From Candidatus Krumholzibacteriia bacterium (GTDB taxonomy: Bacteria; Krumholzibacteriota; Krumholzibacteriia; WVZY01): a stretch of 37,472 nucleotides of DNA. The translations under genes and the position numbers were made by a program. Shown in pieces: positions 1-6,385 of the stretch (positions within the stretch are counted from its first letter, which is position 1; every line of letters begins with the position of its first letter). The stretch is from NCBI GenBank assembly GCA_036478295.1, contig JAZGDW010000068.1:1-37472 (forward strand). The letters are read 5' to 3'. The notes below the pieces were generated by a model. The model saw nothing but the letters and a program-made list of their open reading frames with translations. It had not been told where the DNA came from and searched no databases.

Positions 1-857
1 CGGTGGCGCTCGAGGGTGAGCGCGGCCTGCTGGAATTTCTCAAGCAGGTTTTCAACAGGCGTGAAGAGGCTTACCGTTCGATCCGCGAGGTGTTGCCGCC
101 GCTCGAGAAAAACAGCCGGCTCGAGACGAGCGCCGTCTACCTGCAGCGGGGACGCCTGTTTCTGCAGATGGGGTTCCGGGACTGGGCCGAGGTCGAACTG
201 CAGGTGCTCGAGGCCAGGCGGTTGCCGGCGCGAGTGTCTTTCGAACTGGGCGTGTTGTACGACGACTTCGCCATGCACTGGAAGAGCGTGCGCGCTTTTC
301 AGCGCGTGTACTACGCGGTCAAGAGCGAGACACGGCGTGCACTGGACACGCATTTCAAGGTGCTGATGTACCCGGTGCCGTACCCGGCGCTCGTCATCGA
401 GAACTGCGCGCGCTATGATATCTCACCGCACCTGGTGTACGCGATGATGCGGCGAGAGAGTCGCTTCGATCTCAACGCTGTGTCGCGTGCCGGCGCGTTG
501 GGCCTGATGCAGCTCATGCCGCAGACCGGTGAAGAAGTGGCCAGCCGGCTGGGTTTTCCCGACGACGTCCAGGCCAATCTTCTCAGCCCCGAAATCAATC
601 TGACCTTCGGCATCTGGTACGCCTCTCATCTGCTCGGCAAGTCTGGTGACAACTCGCTGATGATGCTGTCTGCCTACAACGCGGGCTTAGGGAACGCAAA
701 GCGGTGGTTCGGCGGCCGGAGAACCGGGGCGGAAGCGGTGGATGATATCGATTACAGGGAAACGAGGGACTATGTCAAAGCGATCGTGGAAGCCGCGCGC
801 GTATATCATCGGTTCTATTTCGACACTCATTCTGTTTCTGACGCTTCTTCCCACTGA
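1..857 (+). CDS. Soluble lytic transglycosylase (Slt70-like), C-terminal part; 5' end outside the window
   Basis: SLT motifs MRRES (catalytic Glu), GALGLMQLMP, AYNAG and ETRDYV, preceded by a helical linker region. The frame is open from the window edge. Confidence 0.9.
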   Translation, partial: VALEGERGLLEFLKQVFNRREEAYRSIREVLPPLEKNSRLETSAVYLQRGRLFLQMGFRDWAEVELQVLEARRLPARVSFELGVLYDDFAMHWKSVRAFQRVYYAVKSETRRALDTHFKVLMYPVPYPALVIENCARYDISPHLVYAMMRRESRFDLNAVSRAGALGLMQLMPQTGEEVASRLGFPDDVQANLLSPEINLTFGIWYASHLLGKSGDNSLMMLSAYNAGLGNAKRWFGGRRTGAEAVDDIDYRETRDYVKAIVEAARVYHRFYFDTHSVSDASSH

Positions 858-2136
858 ACACATCGTCCGCGCCGGTGGGGAACGCGGGCGCTCGCTGGTG
901 CCGCCGCCGTGGAAGCACACGCTGGGCCTCAACCGGGTGCGGCAGCGCCATCTGAACATCTACGCCGGTTACCGCAAGAAGTTCTCGTCTCCGGGGGGAA
1001 TCGCGGCGGTCAAACACGGCTTCAACGACAAGACCGGCTCGGGCGACGATGATGAACTGACCGTTTACGGGTTGAATTCCGGTACAGGCGAGATCTTCTA
1101 CAACACGTCGATGGTCAGCGTGGGGTTTTTTGGCAGGCAAGACGAGGGCGCCGGTGATCTGCACGGCACCGTTGGAGTCGCCGCCGACCGGGAAGGAAAC
1201 GTTTTTGTGACCGACGGGGGCGGGCACAGATTGATCCGCCTGAAAAATCGCGAGAACCGCCTTCGGTTCGTGAGCGCCACGGCCCGACTTTGCGGGGCCC
1301 CACTGCGTTCGCCTGCGGGCATAGCGATGGAGGGCGGGCGCGTCTTCGTCGCCGACTCCGGTAACAACAGATTAATAGAAATGGCGCTCGACGGAACGAC
1401 CTGTCGTGAAATCCGGAGCTCCGTTGAGCTGGTAGAGCCTTTCGGCGTGGATGTCATCCTGGACGACAACTGGAATTTCTACGGGTCGCGCTTCATTGTC
1501 GTGTCAGACTCATTGAACCAGCGCCTCTTGAAACTGGACATGGATGGCGCGGTGCTCGGCGCCCGGCGGATAGGCGAGATTTCCGGGCAAGAGGGAAGCC
1601 TCGACTTCGTTGCGATCGATTACTACTCGAACGTCTATGTGACCGATCGCCGGCAGGGATGCATCTACAAGTTCGACCGCTACCTGCGCTACCTGACGCG
1701 GATCGGCTGCGGCAGCGGAAGCGATGACGACCTGGTGGAGCCGCGAGGCATCGCCATCTACCGGCGGTTTGGCCAGGTGTTCGTGAGCGAAGCAATCGGG
1801 GCCAGCTACTTCTGGGTGGGGACCGACGTGGAGAACCTCCGCTGCACCTACGCGGTGTCTGAGAAACAGCTTCTGCTGGACGCACGTTTTGTCCTCACCG
1901 AACAATCCAGCGTGTCGGTACACTTGATCTCCGAAGACGGTTCGATTGTCAAGACTTTGAGCGACCAGACGTTCGTGCCACCGGGTTACGTCCATGAGAC
2001 CTATACCGTCAGGTCCGATGAGTTACCGTGCCCGCTTGCAAATTGCACGTTGCGGCTGGCCGTGGAAGCCCGGGCGACGTATTCGTCACGCAAGTACCAT
2101 TCCGTTCGGAGAGAAACCCCCCTCAGACACCTTTAG
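772..2136 (+). CDS. Exported or membrane-anchored NHL-repeat beta-propeller protein with a C-terminal FlgD-like Ig domain
   Basis: ATG at 772 follows GAGGG. Basic then hydrophobic N-terminus (MSKRSWKPRAYIIGSISTLILFLTLL). NHL repeats PAGIAMEGGRVFVADSGNNRL, GVAADREGNVFVTD and PRGIAIY. The C-terminal FVLTEQSSVSVHLISEDGSIVKTL resembles FlgD_ig. Confidence 0.8.
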   Translation: MSKRSWKPRAYIIGSISTLILFLTLLPTEHIVRAGGERGRSLVPPPWKHTLGLNRVRQRHLNIYAGYRKKFSSPGGIAAVKHGFNDKTGSGDDDELTVYGLNSGTGEIFYNTSMVSVGFFGRQDEGAGDLHGTVGVAADREGNVFVTDGGGHRLIRLKNRENRLRFVSATARLCGAPLRSPAGIAMEGGRVFVADSGNNRLIEMALDGTTCREIRSSVELVEPFGVDVILDDNWNFYGSRFIVVSDSLNQRLLKLDMDGAVLGARRIGEISGQEGSLDFVAIDYYSNVYVTDRRQGCIYKFDRYLRYLTRIGCGSGSDDDLVEPRGIAIYRRFGQVFVSEAIGASYFWVGTDVENLRCTYAVSEKQLLLDARFVLTEQSSVSVHLISEDGSIVKTLSDQTFVPPGYVHETYTVRSDELPCPLANCTLRLAVEARATYSSRKYHSVRRETPLRHL

Positions 2137-2224
2137 GCGGGGGCCGGTAACGGTACGCGAAGAGTGGGGGCGCTGTGCCGCCCGCCGGCGGACTTTATTG
2201 CCGGTACCAGCCCGGCCGCCGCGC

Positions 2225-2241
2225 TTGGCCCTATTATTGCT
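2225..2241 (+). promoter_or_regulatory. Putative sigma54 (-24/-12) promoter
   Basis: TTGGCCCTATTATTGCT has exact GG-N10-GC spacing and a TTGCW -12 element. It lies in the 261-bp intergenic region upstream of the TPR gene. Confidence 0.55.
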
Positions 2242-2397
2242 ACATATGCCGCGTTATCACCGACATCCCGGGACCGGAAGCAGGCGTGTAAGCCATTGCT
2301 GTTAAATAGATTGTGAACTGCACCGCGCCTGCAAGACATGGTTCGTTCGCCGCTCCCGCCGGCGGTCAGCCGTCGCATACTTTAGTCAGGGGTTGCC

Positions 2398-3336
2398 ATG
2401 TTTTTGAAGCGATTCTTCAACTTCATTCCGAAAAACGATTACTCCCGCGCGCTGGACGTCTTCAATGAAGGGCATTATCAGAAGGCGCTGAAGATGTTCG
2501 AGCGGCTACTGGAGAACCAGGAACAGAACCAGGATCTCGACGTGGGGACGGTCGAGCTATTCGCCTGTGAGGCGCATGTCGCGCTCAGCCGTGAGCGGAG
2601 CAATGAAGGAAACACCGAAGGTGCACTGGATGAGATGGAAAAGGCGGTGGAGCTCAAGCCGAGTTTTGCCGACCTGCGTTTCAACCTCGGCAGCTTGTAC
2701 ATGGACGTCGGGCGCTACGAAGATGCCAGGGAAAACTTTTCCCGGTCGCTGGAAATCAACCCCAAGTTTTTCAAGGCTTCCGTGAGCCTGGCACGGGCGC
2801 TCTTCACCGGTGGCGACCCTGCCGGTGCCATCAGCGCGATCGCCCAAGCGAACGAAAACTGTCCGAATTTCTACAAGGACAACCTCAGCGAACTGACGCA
2901 AATGCTTCGCGTGCACAAAGACGACGAGGCTGTGCGCGCCGCGTTTCACGCGATCCTCGAGGAAAGACCGAGCTCGGCGCAAATCAGTCGCGAACTGGCG
3001 ATCGAGGCGATTCAAAATGGCAACTATGAAGAGGCGATGCGGGAGCTGAAGAAGGCCGTCGCGCTCAAGCCGGACTACCCGGACCTTCACAACTACCTCG
3101 GCATCGCCTTTGGCAACAGCGGTATGGCGGACGACGCCATCGAGGAATTCGAGGTGGCGCTGAAGATCAACCCCTATTACATGAAGGCGCGATTGAACCT
3201 GGCGTTGGCGTTGTACGATTGCGGCCGCTATGTGGAAGCACAGAACCATATCGAGCGAGTCCTGAGCGTGAAGCCCGAAAATCAGCTCGCGAACAACCTG
3301 CTGGACGAGTTGAGAGCGGTCACGGACAAAAGGTAA
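2398..3336 (+). CDS. Cytoplasmic tetratricopeptide-repeat protein
   Basis: Several TPR units (AVELKPSFADLRFNLG, SLEINPKFFKASVSLA, AVALKPDYPDLHNYLG, ALKINPYYMKARLNLA). No signal peptide. Confidence 0.88.
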   Translation: MFLKRFFNFIPKNDYSRALDVFNEGHYQKALKMFERLLENQEQNQDLDVGTVELFACEAHVALSRERSNEGNTEGALDEMEKAVELKPSFADLRFNLGSLYMDVGRYEDARENFSRSLEINPKFFKASVSLARALFTGGDPAGAISAIAQANENCPNFYKDNLSELTQMLRVHKDDEAVRAAFHAILEERPSSAQISRELAIEAIQNGNYEEAMRELKKAVALKPDYPDLHNYLGIAFGNSGMADDAIEEFEVALKINPYYMKARLNLALALYDCGRYVEAQNHIERVLSVKPENQLANNLLDELRAVTDKR

Positions 3337-3342
3337 TTACTG

Positions 3343-4071
3343 ATGAGTGACAACGGGGAATTCATTGATTATTACCGGGTGCTGCAGGTGTGGCCCACCG
3401 CTTCCGAGGACCAGATCAAGAAGGCCTATTTCAACCTGGCCAAACTCCATCACCCGGACATCGTCGGCACAGGCAGCGGCGAGGAAACGGAAACGTCCAT
3501 TGATTTCAAACTCATCAATGAAGCGTACGACATTCTCAGCGATGCCGGCAAACGGCGCGGGTTCGACGAGTCCCTCAAGAAACAAGGTGGCGGCAGCGCG
3601 AAGGCCGTGCAAGAGAAGGACACGCGCTCTGCGGGGCTCGCCTACGAACAGGCCAGGACCGCGATGCGACACAACCGCTACGACAAGGCCGTGGTACTGC
3701 TCAAGAGCGCCATAAAATACGACACGTCGAATCCGGCCTATCACAGCTGGTACGGGTTCGCGCTGGCCGCCCTGAACACCCGCCTCCATGAGGCGAGAGA
3801 CGCGTGCAAGAAGGCTCTGGAGATGGAATTCTACAACGCCGATTACCACGCCAATCTGGGCTACGTCTATCAACAGGCAGGACTGAAGAGCACCGCGATC
3901 GAATGCTTCCGCGAAGCGATCAAGTGGGACCCCGAACACCCGATCGCGACCAAGTACCTCGCGACCCCGGAAAAGAAAAACGGCGGCGGCATCAACGGTA
4001 TGATCCAGCAGGTCGTGTCGCTGATCACGGGCGCCTTCACAAAGAAGCCCTCGGAGACCACCAAGTCCTGA
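3343..4071 (+). CDS. J-domain (DnaJ-type) co-chaperone with C-terminal TPRs
   Basis: DYYRVLQV...IKKAYFNLAKLHHPD...FKLINEAYDILSD with an intact HPD motif, followed by TPRs (NPAYHSWYG, NADYHANLGYVY). Starts 6 nt after the upstream stop. Confidence 0.9.
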   Translation: MSDNGEFIDYYRVLQVWPTASEDQIKKAYFNLAKLHHPDIVGTGSGEETETSIDFKLINEAYDILSDAGKRRGFDESLKKQGGGSAKAVQEKDTRSAGLAYEQARTAMRHNRYDKAVVLLKSAIKYDTSNPAYHSWYGFALAALNTRLHEARDACKKALEMEFYNADYHANLGYVYQQAGLKSTAIECFREAIKWDPEHPIATKYLATPEKKNGGGINGMIQQVVSLITGAFTKKPSETTKS

Positions 4072-4106
4072 CGCACCGCCAGCGGGCGCTCACCCAAAAT
4101 CTGGAG

Positions 4107-4136
4107 TTGACAACGCTCGGAAGCTCCCTGTTTAAT
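4107..4136 (+). promoter_or_regulatory. Putative sigma70 promoter
   Basis: TTGACA-N18-TTTAAT, 23 nt upstream of ATG 4160. Confidence 0.45.
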
Positions 4137-4159
4137 CATGGCGGGGGCGGACCGAGACC

Positions 4160-6031
4160 ATGATCCACCGAGAGATTACCTTTTATCCCGAGACCGAAAG
4201 TGCCCGGGATCTCATCTACTCCGAATACACGAGCTGCGAGCGCAGCATCCACGTACTCCTGCAGGACAACAACCTGCCCAACTATCGTTTTCTACTCGAG
4301 GCGTACCGGGAAATCGTCAGCCGTTATGCATCGATGTCGAAACTGCAGTCTCCCACTGTCTTCCTCCGCGACCTGGCCGCCGGCCTCGAGGAGATCGCGC
4401 GCCGGCTGAACTTCACCCTCGAGGACCTGCGGGCGGCGGGATTCTACGTGCTGCTGCGAAGTACGGAAGCCTGGTACCTGATGGCATCGCGGGAAGACGA
4501 TATCCACCTGCACCGGGGGGGAGAACTGCTGCGCCTGGCAGACCTGCCAGCCGGTTACGTGGAGCGCATCCATGTTGCCGGTGGCGCGCTGCAGGAGGAA
4601 CTGTTTCCACAGAAACTCAGTGATGGGTTTGTCCTCCTGCGCCTCGATCCACGGTATTTCGGTGGGGGAGACATTCTCCTTGGATGCGGCGACGAGGAGA
4701 AGAACGCGGTGATGGAGATCTTTACCGATCCCATGTGTGTGAAAACCGGCCGCGCGACGGTTTCGTCGAAGTTCATCACCCGCAAGATGCTGGCGGTGCG
4801 GTTCGAGTTGCACGCGGCGATACCGGATACCGCCCGCCGCCGTTTTCGAGTGCCCGGCTGGCGGAGGATGCAGCGGCGGGTCGCGGTGACCGCAGTACTC
4901 GGGACCGCCCTACTCGTCTCCGCGCTGTGGTTGCGCGATTACCGCGGCCGCACGCCCTCGGCAGACGGACCGCCGGCGGCGGGAGAGCGTGTGGCCGGTG
5001 CGGGAGGCGGAGCCCTAGAGGCGGCGGGCGCTCCCGACGAGCAGGAGCGGTATCGCCTGGCGGAGCGTTGGCGCAAGAGCCAGTCGCAGCCGGTAACCTC
5101 TTCGCCGGTCGGGTACGGCAAGTGGGTGGTCTATGGGGCGAGGAACGGGCGGCTGTCCGCGCTGGACCGTGAAAGCGGCGGTGTGGTGTGGACGGTGAAG
5201 AGTGCAGGGGGAATCGGGGCCTCACCTGCCGTAGCCGGCAAGAACGTTGTCGTGGCGGATTATCGAGGCCAGGTGCGCCTGCTCCACGCAGACACGGGAA
5301 AGGAAATATGGAAAAGAACGCTGCCGCAGCGTGTGGTGAGCTCGCCCTGCATCATGGGGGGCAGGGTGCTGGTCGGGTGTTATGATGGTTTTGCGTACTG
5401 CCTGGATATGGGCGACGGACGCGTGCTGTGGAAACGCGGGACCCGCGGACGTATTCGCGGGTCGAGTGGGGCCGGGCAGGGGCGCTTCTACGTGCCGTCG
5501 TACGACGGCTATGTGTACGCGCTCGCCGGCGAGACGGGAAAGGTCCGCTGGCGTCACCGCCTCGGGGGAAACATCGCCGGGGCGGCGATACCGTACGGCG
5601 ACCGGGTGATCGTGGGCGCGCCCACCGGTGAGGTGTACGCATTGCGGGCAGAGGACGGGTCGGTGCTGTGGCGGTATCAGACGGGGGACGCGGTAAAATC
5701 GTCCGCCGTGGTGGTGTCGGGACGGGTTTACGTCGGTTCGAACGACCACCATGTGTACTGCCTGAACCTTGCCGATGGCAAGTTGATATGGAAATACAAG
5801 ACCGGCGACGTGGTCTTGTCGCGGCCCGCTGTCTACGGGGGGCGGGTATTCGTCGGTTCATACGATCAATACATGTACTGTCTGGACGCGATGACAGGGG
5901 CCCTCATCGATCGGTATCGCGCTGACGGGGCGATCTATTCGTCGCCGCTGGTCGAGGACGGCGCCGTGTTTTTCGGGACGAACAAGGGGTCGTTCATCTG
6001 CCTCACGCTGGGCACGGGAAGCGCCTTGTAA
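4160..6031 (+). CDS. Bitopic membrane protein: degenerate PP2C-like N-terminal domain, TM helix and PQQ-like (BamB-type) beta-propeller
   Basis: About 8 PQQ-type repeats (e.g. SSPCIMGGRVLVGCYDGFAYCLDMGDGRVLWK). TM segment VAVTAVLGTALLVSALWL follows an Arg-rich stretch. The PP2C assignment of the first ~215 aa is my own pattern match. Confidence 0.8.
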   Translation: MIHREITFYPETESARDLIYSEYTSCERSIHVLLQDNNLPNYRFLLEAYREIVSRYASMSKLQSPTVFLRDLAAGLEEIARRLNFTLEDLRAAGFYVLLRSTEAWYLMASREDDIHLHRGGELLRLADLPAGYVERIHVAGGALQEELFPQKLSDGFVLLRLDPRYFGGGDILLGCGDEEKNAVMEIFTDPMCVKTGRATVSSKFITRKMLAVRFELHAAIPDTARRRFRVPGWRRMQRRVAVTAVLGTALLVSALWLRDYRGRTPSADGPPAAGERVAGAGGGALEAAGAPDEQERYRLAERWRKSQSQPVTSSPVGYGKWVVYGARNGRLSALDRESGGVVWTVKSAGGIGASPAVAGKNVVVADYRGQVRLLHADTGKEIWKRTLPQRVVSSPCIMGGRVLVGCYDGFAYCLDMGDGRVLWKRGTRGRIRGSSGAGQGRFYVPSYDGYVYALAGETGKVRWRHRLGGNIAGAAIPYGDRVIVGAPTGEVYALRAEDGSVLWRYQTGDAVKSSAVVVSGRVYVGSNDHHVYCLNLADGKLIWKYKTGDVVLSRPAVYGGRVFVGSYDQYMYCLDAMTGALIDRYRADGAIYSSPLVEDGAVFFGTNKGSFICLTLGTGSAL

Positions 6032-6066
6032 CGGGGCAGGGTTTTCAAGTAAGGAGGTCGCAGTCG

Positions 6067-6267
6067 ATGCCCATCGGTATCATCAAGTTCTTCAACGACC
6101 GCAAGGGCTACGGATTCATCGAGAACGATCAAAACGAGAGTCTATACGTGCACCACTCCTCGATAAAGAAGGCCGGCTACAGAACGCTGAAGGAGGGCCA
6201 GGAAGTCTGGTTCGACGTACAGGAAAGCCAGCGCGGGCTGGAAGCGGTAAACGTCCACAAGATCTAG
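6067..6267 (+). CDS. Cold-shock domain protein (Csp family)
   Basis: 66 aa with RNP1 KGYGFI and RNP2 LYVHHS, plus GYRTLKEGQEV. Strong SD TAAGGAGGT upstream. Confidence 0.95.
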   Translation: MPIGIIKFFNDRKGYGFIENDQNESLYVHHSSIKKAGYRTLKEGQEVWFDVQESQRGLEAVNVHKI

Positions 6268-6329
6268 CGGCGCAAGTCCCTCTCCCCGATCCGGGAACGC
6301 GAACCCGCACGGGTTGCTCGCCCGGGTGC

Positions 6330-6358
6330 TTGCCAATTCGAGCATTATTTGTTAGGTT
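6330..6358 (+). promoter_or_regulatory. Putative sigma70 promoter of secA (extended -10)
   Basis: TTGCCA-N17-TAGGTT with TGn directly before the -10. Confidence 0.55.
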
Positions 6359-6385
6359 GCATGCGGCTCTCACAGCTTACCCACC

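Noticed and set aside
2281..2307. Bona fide chromosomal dif site
   Set aside because: The XerC arm matches weakly, the spacer is 5 bp rather than 6, and the inner TTA of the XerD arm is missing. Kept only as a half-site observation.
2137..2397. tRNA, riboswitch or small CDS in the largest intergenic gap
   Set aside because: No cloverleaf or recognisable aptamer. The overlapping small ORFs (1994-2305 and 2133-2378) have Arg/Pro-rich, non-coding-like composition.
4160..6031. Calling the propeller protein BamB or a PQQ dehydrogenase
   Set aside because: It has no lipobox, carries a large cytoplasmic N-terminal domain plus TM helix, and the propeller is plain repeats without dehydrogenase-specific insertions.
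6291..6325. Hairpin (CCGGG...AACCC-GCAC-GGGTT...CCCGG) after csp as a terminator
   Set aside because: The stem is interrupted and has no U-tract, so it could arise by chance in GC-rich DNA.
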